Of a stretch of DNA of 64,000 bases, positions 27,355 to 35,393 are shown in pieces. The first letter of the stretch is position 1, and each line of letters opens with the position of its first letter. Source of the stretch: a virus. The stretch lies in IMG/VR virus record IMGVR_UViG_3300016644_000052, positions 1 through 64,000 of that record. One strand, written 5' to 3'. A program made the position numbers and the translations under genes. The notes beneath the pieces are model-generated. The model was not told where the DNA came from and did no database searches. It was given only the letters and a program-made list of their open reading frames with translations.

Positions 27355-27537
27355 ATGTCCATCGACAGCGAAGTCATCCACGATGACTTCAGCCCCTACA
27401 GCGATGATCCCATGACTCTCGAAGAAATCGACGGGCTGCTCGATGAGATCATCACTGATCGCAAAGAACGCTCACGCCTCGATTTCATCGGCACCTTCGG
27501 CAATCCTGCCCGCAAGCACTACCCGAAAAAACGCTGA
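27355..27537 (+). CDS. hypothetical acidic protein
   Basis: 60-aa track ORF closely following the previous gene. Confidence 0.45.
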   Translation: MSIDSEVIHDDFSPYSDDPMTLEEIDGLLDEIITDRKERSRLDFIGTFGNPARKHYPKKR

Positions 27538-27555
27538 CCAGATCCTGGTCTCGAC

Positions 27556-27579
27556 CCTGCTTGCCTGTCGGCAAGCAGG
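27556..27579 (+). terminator. perfect 10-bp hairpin (CCTGCTTGCC-TGTC-GGCAAGCAGG)
   Basis: Seen directly in the sequence. The U-tract is weak. Confidence 0.4.
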
Positions 27580-27620
27580 CTCTCGCGTTTGGCGGATAGA
27601 CAACTCTTGAGGAACCAAAG

Positions 27621-28079
27621 ATGTTCATCATTTTCGATCTCGATGGCACCCTTGCCAATATCGAGCACCGACTGCACCACATTCGCAAAAGAGATGATGC
27701 AGGCAACAAACTCACACAAAACTGGGATGCTTTTCACACCAGCTGTGTCGATGACCAAGTCATTTGGCCCATCCGATCCATCTACCAAGCCCTCGAAGCT
27801 CAACGTCACACGATTGAGATCTGGTCTGGCCGCTCTGACAAGGTGCGTGCCGAAACCGAAGCTTGGTTAAACAGGTTTCACATCACCGGTTATAACAAGC
27901 TGCTGATGCGTTTCCATGGGGATTACACCCCAGACCATGAACTCAAAGAGTCCTGGCTAAACCAACTCAAAGCAACCGGCGTCATTCCCGATCTAGTCTT
28001 CGATGACCGCTCTCGCCTGGTCGAGATGTGGCGGCGCAACGGCATTCGCTGCTGCCAGGTTGCCGAAGGCAACTTTTAA
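27621..28079 (+). CDS. HAD-superfamily phosphatase (polynucleotide 3'-phosphatase / nucleotidase-like)
   Basis: N-terminal FDLDGTL motif I and later FDDR motif. Confidence 0.7.
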   Translation: MFIIFDLDGTLANIEHRLHHIRKRDDAGNKLTQNWDAFHTSCVDDQVIWPIRSIYQALEAQRHTIEIWSGRSDKVRAETEAWLNRFHITGYNKLLMRFHGDYTPDHELKESWLNQLKATGVIPDLVFDDRSRLVEMWRRNGIRCCQVAEGNF

Positions 28080-28092
28080 AAGGACTGAGCCA

Positions 28093-28497
28093 ATGGCTTC
28101 AAAGCCCAAGCAACCCAAGTGCATCTTCGTCTTCGGATCCAACGAAGCCGGGATCCATGGAAAAGGCGCTGCCTTGTTCGCCTTCAAGAATATGGGCGCA
28201 CAGTTCGGCAAGTGCTATGGTCACCATGGCCAGAGCTTCGCCATTCCCACCAAAGACGAGCTGTTCCAACCGCTCCCGATCGAGCGGATCAATCAATATA
28301 TCCAGGGCTTCCTGGCTTACGCCACCGGCCACCGCAAACTCAAGTTCGCCGTCAGTTGTATCGGCTGCGGCCTGGCCGGCTTCAAACATGAGCAGATTGC
28401 TCCTCTCTTCAAAGATGCGCCCAAGAACTGCGAGTTCGATCTGAACTGGCAGCCCTATCTGGGCGACAAGCATAACTACTGGGGCACTTTCGGATAG
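28093..28497 (+). CDS. A1S_2505-like phage non-structural protein (SLOG-related)
   Basis: FVFGSNEAGIHGKGAA...FAIPTKD...SCIGCGLAG...IAPLF matches my memory of that family. Confidence 0.6.
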   Translation: MASKPKQPKCIFVFGSNEAGIHGKGAALFAFKNMGAQFGKCYGHHGQSFAIPTKDELFQPLPIERINQYIQGFLAYATGHRKLKFAVSCIGCGLAGFKHEQIAPLFKDAPKNCEFDLNWQPYLGDKHNYWGTFG

Positions 28498-28541
28498 CTC
28501 CCAATCCCGACTTTGCCTCAATTCCATAAAAGGAACGAAAC

Positions 28542-28718
28542 GTGAACCGCATTCTTCCTGTCCTCATTCCCGATGACGGCCTCAGGGTCGTTTCCGCTGG
28601 AACCATCGGGTCCTACGCCATGACCCTACTCAACAACCCAAGCCACATCATCGAGGTCATCGCCGAGAAACGGCGCCGGGCCTTGATCAAGGAAAACAAC
28701 TTCCGCCGCTGGAGCTAA
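28542..28718 (+). CDS. small hypothetical protein (58 aa, GTG start)
   Basis: AAGGAA lies 7 nt upstream of the GTG. My own translation. Confidence 0.35.
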   Translation: MNRILPVLIPDDGLRVVSAGTIGSYAMTLLNNPSHIIEVIAEKRRRALIKENNFRRWS

Positions 28719-28722
28719 GACC

Positions 28723-29559
28723 ATGGCAAGCCAACCCATTACCGAAACCGACTCCAAGCTGGCTCACCAGCTGGAGTTGGAAAGGCTGTTCAACAAGAAC
28801 CAGCTGATCCCCAGGATCCGCAAAGAATTTGTCGAATCCAAGGATCCCAACTTTACCGAGTACATGGAAGCTCACGGAATCCCGGTTCCGTTTGGCTATG
28901 ACCTGCTCGTGCAGATGGTCCTCCACAAGCGGACCACGCTGCCGATCCTGGTCGGCATCCTGAAGCGTCACTTTGACAGCCTTCAAGACTGCGCTGATAT
29001 GCTGCTCAGAGCTGCCGAAGTCGACCTGGTCGACTGGCTGCCACTAACCCAGCAGTTCTGCCTCATCTTCGATATTACGCCTGACGTACAAGCGGAGCTG
29101 GATCGCTTCCAGTTTCCGCTGCCCATGGTCGTGCCGCCCAAGCGGATCACCAACAACAAGGAGTCAGGCTATCTGACCTCCGGTGGTTCAGTGATCCTCA
29201 GGCACAACCACCACGACGATGATGTTTGTCTCGACCATCTCAACCGGGTCAACGCTATCAAGTTCACCATCGACGATGACACCTCGCTGATGGTTCACAA
29301 CAAGTGGCGTAACCTCGACAAGCCCAAAGAAGGCGAAACCAAATCCGACTTCCAGAAGCGTGTCAAAGCCTTCGAGAAATACGATCGCTCTGCCCGTGAG
29401 GTCATCGACCTGATCGTCCAGGAAGGCCGGGAATTCTACCTCACCCACAAATACGACAAGCGAGGCCGGATCTACTGCCAGGGCTACCATGTCAATTACC
29501 AGGGTGCGCCCTGGAACAAGGCCGTGGTCCAGCTTGCCGACAAGGAGTTCGTGACATGA
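28723..29559 (+). CDS. phage RNA polymerase II small subunit (N4 gp15-like; N-terminal part of a T7-like RNAP)
   Basis: The C-terminal KYDKRGRIYCQGYHVNYQGAPWNKAVVQLA aligns with T7 RNAP NMDWRGRVYAVSMFNPQGNDMTKGLLTLA. Size is close to N4 gp15. Confidence 0.8.
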   Translation: MASQPITETDSKLAHQLELERLFNKNQLIPRIRKEFVESKDPNFTEYMEAHGIPVPFGYDLLVQMVLHKRTTLPILVGILKRHFDSLQDCADMLLRAAEVDLVDWLPLTQQFCLIFDITPDVQAELDRFQFPLPMVVPPKRITNNKESGYLTSGGSVILRHNHHDDDVCLDHLNRVNAIKFTIDDDTSLMVHNKWRNLDKPKEGETKSDFQKRVKAFEKYDRSAREVIDLIVQEGREFYLTHKYDKRGRIYCQGYHVNYQGAPWNKAVVQLADKEFVT

Positions 29560-29867
29560 AATGCACAAAATGCCGCGGCGAACGCCGCCTTTTCTTCACC
29601 CGTGAAGACGGCAATCTCTGGGTCAACTGTCCCCGCTGCCTTGGCACCGGAACTATGACAGAAGAACCAGAATCCAATGAATACTTCACCATCACGGTTC
29701 GCCGTAAGGGAACCAAGGATGAGCCTTACGAAAGGCATTATCTGGGCAGCTACCTCGAAGCCGAGCGGATCTGCGGACATCTGTGGAACTACTTCGACAT
29801 CGATGACCGCTTCAGGCTCACCCTTCGCAAAGAGGGCGAGCGCAAGATCCTCATGAGCATTGGATAA
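29556..29867 (+). CDS. DnaJ-type zinc-finger protein
   Basis: CTKCRGER and CPRCLGTG motifs. ATGA overlap with the RNAP small-subunit stop. Confidence 0.5.
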   Translation: MKCTKCRGERRLFFTREDGNLWVNCPRCLGTGTMTEEPESNEYFTITVRRKGTKDEPYERHYLGSYLEAERICGHLWNYFDIDDRFRLTLRKEGERKILMSIG

Positions 29868-29871
29868 CGCC

Positions 29872-30132
29872 ATGATCACCGCCGTCCACCCGATCGCTTC
29901 CAGCATCGCTGCCAATGACCTAGTCAATCTGCTGACCAGGTACGGCCTGTCCAAAGACAAGATCCAGGGCACCTTTGCCTCGATTGTCCAGGACTGCCTT
30001 TCCAACCTTCCGATCGCTATCTCCCATGACAGCGTCATGGGGGAGAAAAACGCCAGTGCAGATCTGGCCTATGCCAACATCAAGACTGCGGTTGAGAACC
30101 ACCGCATTATCAGGAGTGCTCTGCATGACTGA
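29872..30132 (+). CDS. hypothetical protein
   Basis: ATG at 29872 inside track ORF 29860-30132. Confidence 0.4.
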   Translation: MITAVHPIASSIAANDLVNLLTRYGLSKDKIQGTFASIVQDCLSNLPIAISHDSVMGEKNASADLAYANIKTAVENHRIIRSALHD

Positions 30133-30469
30133 ACGCACCAAATCCGACATCGTCAAAGAATACGCCATGGCCAACAACATGAAGATCATCGATCTTCAGA
30201 TGTCCGGCCAACCCCTCAAACCAGCCAAGCTCCCTGAGCTGCTGGTCCGCGACAACGAGACTGACTTTACCGCCAATACCAAGCCAGGAGATTCCTTCTG
30301 GATCGGGATTGGTAAGTTCAGTCTCTGGGTCCAGCACCTCAACGAGGGCGTCGTCATCGACGCCTATCCCCGCTCCAACGAAATGCTTCCCGAAGTCGGC
30401 AGCCTCCAGCTGTGGAACGACGACCTCGAAGAAGAGGAGGAACATAATGAGAACTCTGCATACGCGTGA
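30125..30469 (+). CDS. hypothetical protein
   Basis: Internal ATG at 30125 of track ORF 29975-30469; overlaps the previous stop. Confidence 0.45.
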   Translation: MTERTKSDIVKEYAMANNMKIIDLQMSGQPLKPAKLPELLVRDNETDFTANTKPGDSFWIGIGKFSLWVQHLNEGVVIDAYPRSNEMLPEVGSLQLWNDDLEEEEEHNENSAYA

Positions 30470-30728
30470 CGGTACTGCCTATGGCAATGCCATCATGATC
30501 CGCATCATTCCCGATGAAGACCTCGAACCAACCCTGAAGGACTACCTGAAGGGCCGGCCTATGTGGCTGATCGAGACTGACTACGGAAACCGTATCCGCC
30601 TAACCGAACGAGAAATTGACGAAATGTTTACCCGAGGGATTGCTATCAGCTACGCTGAGTGGGCGCAAAAACGCCGCATCCTGCAAGGTCGCAATCTTCT
30701 CGCTGACGAACAACTCGAACTCGCCTGA
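30447..30728 (+). CDS. hypothetical protein
   Basis: ATG at 30447 preceded by GAGGAGG. Confidence 0.45.
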   Translation: MRTLHTRDGTAYGNAIMIRIIPDEDLEPTLKDYLKGRPMWLIETDYGNRIRLTEREIDEMFTRGIAISYAEWAQKRRILQGRNLLADEQLELA

Positions 30729-30729
30729 C

Positions 30730-31182
30730 ATGAGGACATATACGATGCTCAAGTATCTGTTTGCGGCTGCCCTGCTGGCCGCTCCGTTAACCGCCGCTGC
30801 CCAGTCTGAAGATGTGCCCGAATGGTATCTGATCGATACCACTACATCCAACACAGACTTCTATGCCCGCACCGAAGATCTTCTGAAAGGCCGTGACTAT
30901 CAAACCGATGCCCGTGTCTGGGTTCGATTGGATGCTTCACGCGATCGCACTGTGGACTGGAAAGAAATGGTAGTTCTCTATTCCGTCAACTGCCCAGAGC
31001 GGACCACAAAAGTCCTTCACATGACGACCTATTACCGCAATGGTCGTAATGTAACTGACCGGGTCCCCGGTACTATCGAATATATCGTTCCCCGGTCCAT
31101 CATGGCTGCGACTGCTGACATGCTTTGCTACTCACCCAGCTCTAAACCTACCAGCTACGTGCCCGACAAGCACACCATCTAA
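30730..31182 (+). CDS. secreted protein, surface-adhesin-E-like fold candidate
   Basis: Signal peptide MLKYLFAAALLAAPLTAAAQ. The mature part (W.LID......FY......ARVWV......Y.VNC..R....L....YY..G) resembles the Adhesin_E pattern. Confidence 0.5.
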   Translation: MRTYTMLKYLFAAALLAAPLTAAAQSEDVPEWYLIDTTTSNTDFYARTEDLLKGRDYQTDARVWVRLDASRDRTVDWKEMVVLYSVNCPERTTKVLHMTTYYRNGRNVTDRVPGTIEYIVPRSIMAATADMLCYSPSSKPTSYVPDKHTI

Positions 31183-31200
31183 TCATCCTACACATCATCA

Positions 31201-31238
31201 GCACCTAGCCCACTGCTTTTTGCGGTGTGGTTAGGTGC
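31201..31238 (+). terminator. imperfect long hairpin after the secreted-protein gene
   Basis: GCACCTAGCCCAC...GTGTGGTTAGGTGC. Confidence 0.4.
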
Positions 31239-31258
31239 GTCTATTTGAGGAACCAGAC

Positions 31259-31312
31259 ATGCAGACTTTCACCGGCAAGGAATACCTCAAGATCGACATT
31301 GCCAACAACTAG
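31259..31312 (+). pseudogene. orphaned original 5' end of the RNAPII large-subunit gene (17 codons, then TAG)
   Basis: MQTFTGKEYLKIDIANN* has its own GAGGAA RBS and duplicates residues 6-18 of the gene starting at 31999. Confidence 0.65.
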
Positions 31313-32052
31313 GTTTTGACAAACGAAACCGCAGCTAATAAGGGTGTCTCGATAAGGAGAACCCTTGTGAAACAATGCTCTATTTGTGCCCAAACCCTAC
31401 CCCTCACAGCTTTTGATAAGCAGGCTACCGGCAAGCACGGTAGACGAGCCGACTGCAAAGATTGCCGTAAACGGTTCAACCGAACCCCCAAAGGCTTGGT
31501 CAAATCGCTCTACTCAAACCAAGTGGCCAAAAGCAGAAAACGAGGCCACCCGGCACCTGCCTATACTGAAGCAGAATTATTCGATTGGCTTTGGTCACAG
31601 CCTCACGCTCAAGCACTTTATGATGCCTGGGTGTCTGGCGGCTACGTCTCAGACAACAAGCCTTCAGTAGACCGTCTCGATGACTATTTGCCGTACACCC
31701 TGACCAACATACGCTTGGTCACTTGGAGCACCAACAACCAGCGGCAGTATGCTGATCGTGTTGCAGGTATCAATGTTAAGGCCTGTCATGCAGTGGACCA
31801 ATACTCTCTGGACGGGCAATTCATAACAACCCACCACTCTTATAAAGCCGCCGCTCGGGCCGTAAAAGGCAACTTCGCCAACATCAGAAATGTTGCTGAA
31901 CAGCGACCGATACATCGGGCAGAAAAAAACGGCCTTATCCGCAGCTACACCCCAATGAGCGCCAGCGGTTACATCTGGCGAAAGCACGGAGAACCTTTAT
32001 GACTTTTCAATCTTTTACGGGACGGGAATATCTTAAAATTGATATTGCGAAC
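31313..32052 (+). mobile_element. homing-endonuclease cassette with a recoded target-site duplicate
   Basis: Bounded by imperfect 39-nt direct repeats (31268-31306 and 32014-32052). They differ at 12 positions, 10 of them synonymous third positions. Confidence 0.6.
31367..32002 (+). CDS. HNH/His-Me-finger homing endonuclease with a NUMOD/IENR1-like C-terminal DNA-binding repeat
   Basis: GTG at 31367 with AAGGAG 7 nt upstream. N-terminal CSIC...CKDC zinc finger, then VDRLDDYLPYTLTNIRLVTWSTNN, then YSLDGQFITTHHSYKAAARAV.GNFANIRNV. Its stop overlaps the RNAP gene start (ATGA). Confidence 0.6.
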   Translation: MKQCSICAQTLPLTAFDKQATGKHGRRADCKDCRKRFNRTPKGLVKSLYSNQVAKSRKRGHPAPAYTEAELFDWLWSQPHAQALYDAWVSGGYVSDNKPSVDRLDDYLPYTLTNIRLVTWSTNNQRQYADRVAGINVKACHAVDQYSLDGQFITTHHSYKAAARAVKGNFANIRNVAEQRPIHRAEKNGLIRSYTPMSASGYIWRKHGEPL

Positions 32053-33201
32053 CATATGGGCCTCGACAAGCTCACCTGGGATGAGCGCATCACCTGGTTC
32101 GACGCCAACGAAAATTCGTTGGAGACCTTAATTGACCAGGCTGACGAACCAGCCCTCTACTATGCTGGCGTCAAGGCCTGGCGTAAAGTCCAGGCAGGTG
32201 AGCCAACCGGCTACATGATCAGTCTCGATGCAACTTCGTCAGGCTTGCAGATCCTGGCTGCCCTGACCGGCGATGGCTCTGCTGCCGAGCTGTGCAACGT
32301 CACTGGCAAGGGCCAGCGCATGGACGCCTATACCGCGATCTACCGGGCTATGCTCGACAAGGTCGACGACTCTGCCAAGATCGACCGGGACGGCGTCAAG
32401 CGGGCGATCATGACCAGCCTCTATGGTTCTACTGCCGTGCCCAAAGACGTATTCGGCGAAGGCTATCTGCTCCAGACCTTCTATGACACCATGAAAGAAC
32501 TGGCTCCAGCTGCCTGGGAACTCAACGAAGCATTCCTGGCGCTATGGGATCCTGAGGCTCTTGAGAACTCCTGGATCCTGCCCGACAACTTCCATGTCCA
32601 CATCAAAGTCATGGACCGCGTCAAGGAAACTGTTCACTTTCTGAACCAACCCTTTGATGTCTACTATAATGTGAACACTCCGATCGAGAATGGCCGCTCC
32701 CTGGGCGCCAATATCGTTCACTCGATCGACGGCATGATCGTCCGAGAAATGACCCGGCGCTGCACCTATGATCCGGCCATGCCGGCCCAGATCCGCAAGG
32801 TTCTGGAAATCGGCTGCGGCATTCGCCAGAAAACCCATGACGATATTATGGTGATGACCCTGTGGGGTCATTACCTCAAGTCAGGATTTCTCTCGGCCCG
32901 GATCCTCGATCATCTCACTGCCGACAACTGCGGGCATGTTCATGCCCAGACCATCTACAACTTGCTTGATACCCTACCGGAAAAGCCTTTTCCGGTCATC
33001 TCGGTCCACGACTGCTTCCGCTGTCATCCCAACTACGGCAACGACCTGCGGCTGCAATACAACCTTCAGCTGACCATGCTGGCACAGAGCGATTTGCTCC
33101 AGTTCCTAATCAGCCAGCTGCTCGACAAGCCGGTCAAGATCGGCAAGCTCAATCCGCAGCTCTGGACCCAGATCCCTTACACCAATTACGCACTCTCCTA
33201 A
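31999..33201 (+). CDS. phage RNA polymerase II large subunit (N4 gp16-like; catalytic part of a T7-like RNAP)
   Basis: Motif A MISLDATSSGLQILAAL, motif B RDGVKRAIMTSLYGS and motif C VISVHDCF. Confidence 0.85.
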   Translation: MTFQSFTGREYLKIDIANHMGLDKLTWDERITWFDANENSLETLIDQADEPALYYAGVKAWRKVQAGEPTGYMISLDATSSGLQILAALTGDGSAAELCNVTGKGQRMDAYTAIYRAMLDKVDDSAKIDRDGVKRAIMTSLYGSTAVPKDVFGEGYLLQTFYDTMKELAPAAWELNEAFLALWDPEALENSWILPDNFHVHIKVMDRVKETVHFLNQPFDVYYNVNTPIENGRSLGANIVHSIDGMIVREMTRRCTYDPAMPAQIRKVLEIGCGIRQKTHDDIMVMTLWGHYLKSGFLSARILDHLTADNCGHVHAQTIYNLLDTLPEKPFPVISVHDCFRCHPNYGNDLRLQYNLQLTMLAQSDLLQFLISQLLDKPVKIGKLNPQLWTQIPYTNYALS

Positions 33202-33215
33202 AATTGCTGCCTTTC

Positions 33216-33250
33216 GGGACACCCTTCATCGGGTGTCCCGTATTTTTTTA
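33216..33250 (+). terminator. rho-independent terminator
   Basis: GGGACACCC-TTCATC-GGGTGTCCC followed by GTATTTTTTTA. Confidence 0.8.
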
Positions 33251-33337
33251 CCTAACCCCAACAGCCTAGCCTGATCTCTTTCTTGGTTTTCACAAGACTC
33301 CACGGAGACTCCTGGAGCCAACCAGAAAGGATATACC

Positions 33338-33514
33338 GTGACCAAGATAGACATCGTGTGCAGCCAGTGTGGCTCTGACTCTGTCGTCAAAGACGCCTTT
33401 GCCCGCTGGGATGTCGAGGAGCAGGATTGGTATCTCAGCTCAGTCTATGACTTTACCGTCTGCGACGACTGCGGCGCAGAAGACTGCGCCAAAGAGGTGC
33501 CTTATAATGACTGA
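33338..33514 (+). CDS. small zinc-ribbon protein (58 aa, GTG start)
   Basis: AAAGGA RBS. CSQC...CDDC motifs. My own translation. Confidence 0.45.
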   Translation: MTKIDIVCSQCGSDSVVKDAFARWDVEEQDWYLSSVYDFTVCDDCGAEDCAKEVPYND

Positions 33515-33722
33515 AACCGCAATTCGTGAACTGAACGCAATCCGCCTGCCTGTGAACAACGAACTTGGCGACCAGATCGTAACGGCTTGGCTCAAGCTGC
33601 ACATGGAATGGGCGCAGGACAGCTTCGACAAGGCGACCACCCGCGAAGACAAGGACGATGCGGAACTGGACCTGATCGCTATGCGCCGGGTGCTGAAATA
33701 CGCGGGAGGCGGCGATGACTAA
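33507..33722 (+). CDS. small hypothetical protein
   Basis: Starts at an ATGACTGA junction that overlaps the upstream stop by 8 nt. Confidence 0.45.
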   Translation: MTETAIRELNAIRLPVNNELGDQIVTAWLKLHMEWAQDSFDKATTREDKDDAELDLIAMRRVLKYAGGGDD

Positions 33723-33894
33723 GCGCAAGCCATACCCCGCATGGATATGCTTTGACTGCGGCGACAAGTGGGGGCGCAGGGAATGCGGCATTGCAACGTG
33801 GCACACGGACACTTGCTGCATCTGCGGTGAGCGTCGAGCTGTGACAGAACCCCGCGACTACGGCCACCTCAAGGAGGGATGGGAGAAGGCATGA
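33715..33894 (+). CDS. small Cys-rich zinc-binding protein (59 aa)
   Basis: CFDC...CCIC motifs. Overlapping start and stop. My own translation. Confidence 0.45.
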   Translation: MTKRKPYPAWICFDCGDKWGRRECGIATWHTDTCCICGERRAVTEPRDYGHLKEGWEKA

Positions 33895-33983
33895 CTGATT
33901 GCAACATCAGCACCCGACCAATCGCTCATCCTTGCAAATTGGGAGCGGCGCTCCGGATATTTGGGAGTGAAGGCCATGACTGA
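33891..33983 (+). CDS. very small ORF (30 aa)
   Basis: ATGA overlap upstream and an ATGACTGA junction downstream. Weak on its own. Confidence 0.25.
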   Translation: MTDCNISTRPIAHPCKLGAALRIFGSEGHD

Positions 33984-34212
33984 CCTTGTGAAGCTGCTAC
34001 GCGACGAGGACAGCTATTACCGCCTTCAAGAGAAGCATTGGTGCGTCGATCACGAAGAACTGGAGCGACAGCGCCTCGCCGCTGCTGACCGCATTGAAGA
34101 ACTGGAAGCCGCGCTAAAGCGGATTGCTGACTTCGGCACTAACAATCCGGGGCATGGTCGATCCTGTGCCGTAATCGCCCTTCGCGCATTGGTAGGAGAT
34201 GAACGTGACTGA
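33976..34212 (+). CDS. small hypothetical protein
   Basis: ATG at 33976 in track ORF 33961-34212. Confidence 0.45.
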   Translation: MTDLVKLLRDEDSYYRLQEKHWCVDHEELERQRLAAADRIEELEAALKRIADFGTNNPGHGRSCAVIALRALVGDERD

Positions 34213-34432
34213 CATTCGCATTGAATGGCTGACCGCCAGCAGCGACTGCGACCAAGCCGGTTGCAGCGGCGGCTACTCCGAAGGCGCACGGGTCTGGTTC
34301 GACGGCGAACTGGCGCTCGACCTTCCGCCAGAGCCATCCTGCTACGGCTCGACCTTCTACGATCAAGAGGCAGTGTTTGGCCTGATCCTAGCCAAGCTGG
34401 GGCATAACCTTGTGGAGACTAGCTATGACTGA
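34199..34432 (+). CDS. small hypothetical protein
   Basis: 77-aa track ORF. Confidence 0.45.
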   Translation: MNVTDIRIEWLTASSDCDQAGCSGGYSEGARVWFDGELALDLPPEPSCYGSTFYDQEAVFGLILAKLGHNLVETSYD

Positions 34433-34826
34433 CATTAAACAAGTTAGCGATTGGGCGCTATCCATCGCAGCGGAGGCCGCAGGGTCTAAGCTGCACCATT
34501 ACGAGCGAATGTCGGACGATAACCGACTGGCGCAGTCTATTGAGGCCCATGCCCGCGCCATAGAACAGCACGAAGCCTACAAGCGCGAGGTTAGCGATGC
34601 GGTGGAGGGTTACACCAGTATGGTTGGCCTCGACCCCAAGCGCTACTTTGCCCGCTTCATCATCGCCAAGCCCGACCCGCTGGTTGAGGTGATTAGCAGC
34701 GCCCTGCGCGAAGGCTCTCCATTCGATGAAGACCTAAGCCACGACTACACCGCAGAGGCAAAAGTAATTGCTGCGGCCATTCGAGCTAGTGGCCTTGAGG
34801 TTCGCAAGATCGGGGAGGGGGAGTGA
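34425..34826 (+). CDS. hypothetical protein
   Basis: ATG at 34425 at an ATGACTGA junction; track ORF 34410-34826. Confidence 0.5.
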   Translation: MTDIKQVSDWALSIAAEAAGSKLHHYERMSDDNRLAQSIEAHARAIEQHEAYKREVSDAVEGYTSMVGLDPKRYFARFIIAKPDPLVEVISSALREGSPFDEDLSHDYTAEAKVIAAAIRASGLEVRKIGEGE

Positions 34827-35170
34827 TGAGCGCGCCTTATCTTACCTCGGTGCGCTGGCACTGCCTGCAAGCGTTCAAGCGCCATCCTGCTTTGATGCGC
34901 CGCCCATTCCTCGCAAAGGAACTGAGGCTTCCGGCTCGTTAGAATGATGCCATTCTGCGCCCCGCCACCGGGCCGGCGCTGGCCGGTCTGGAAAAGGCTG
35001 GCTGGGTTGAGCGCACGGTATGGGGTGAACCCGGAACTGGTATGCCGTTTCGCACTGGCGGGCCGATCAGCGCATGGCAGGTGACAGACGCAGGACGGGA
35101 AGCAATTGCAGCCTGTCCAGACACATTCCCCGGCGAGCCGGTATATGGCGAAAGGACCACGCATGACTGA
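34826..35170 (+). pseudogene. winged-helix (MarR-like) DNA-binding gene interrupted by an in-frame TAG at 34940-34942
   Basis: My own translation gives MSAPYLTSVRWHCLQAFKRHPALMRRPFLAKELRLPAR*NDAILRPATGPALAGLEKAGWVERTV.... The two halves are in the same frame, and the distal half has no plausible start of its own. Confidence 0.5.
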
Positions 35171-35393
35171 CGAAGCAAAGGCGCTGGTGGAAGCGTTGAA
35201 ACGATACGCGCTGACCTACAACCAACGGTGGAAACTGGTTGGATTAGTTGAAACCCAAGCCCGCGAAATCGAGCGGCTGCGGGATACTCCGAACCGCATT
35301 TGGGCAGAGGCCCGCGACAGCGAATGGGATGAGGGGTTTAACTACGCCGTAAAACTGTTCCGCGCAGCACTCGCAGGAGACAGCCATGAGTGA
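35163..35393 (+). CDS. small hypothetical protein
   Basis: ATG at an ATGACTGA junction. The protein ends in AGDSHE. Confidence 0.45.
   Translation: MTDEAKALVEALKRYALTYNQRWKLVGLVETQAREIERLRDTPNRIWAEARDSEWDEGFNYAVKLFRAALAGDSHE

Noticed and set aside
34940-34942. The idea that TAG is reassigned genome-wide (stop-codon recoding).
   Set aside because: TAG terminates several well-supported genes in the same window (31310, 48539, 56001). Other genes show no internal TAGs.
34745-35164. 139-aa minus-strand ORF.
   Set aside because: It is antisense to the winged-helix gene region. Its composition is Arg/Pro/Ala-rich and it breaks the plus-strand coupled array.
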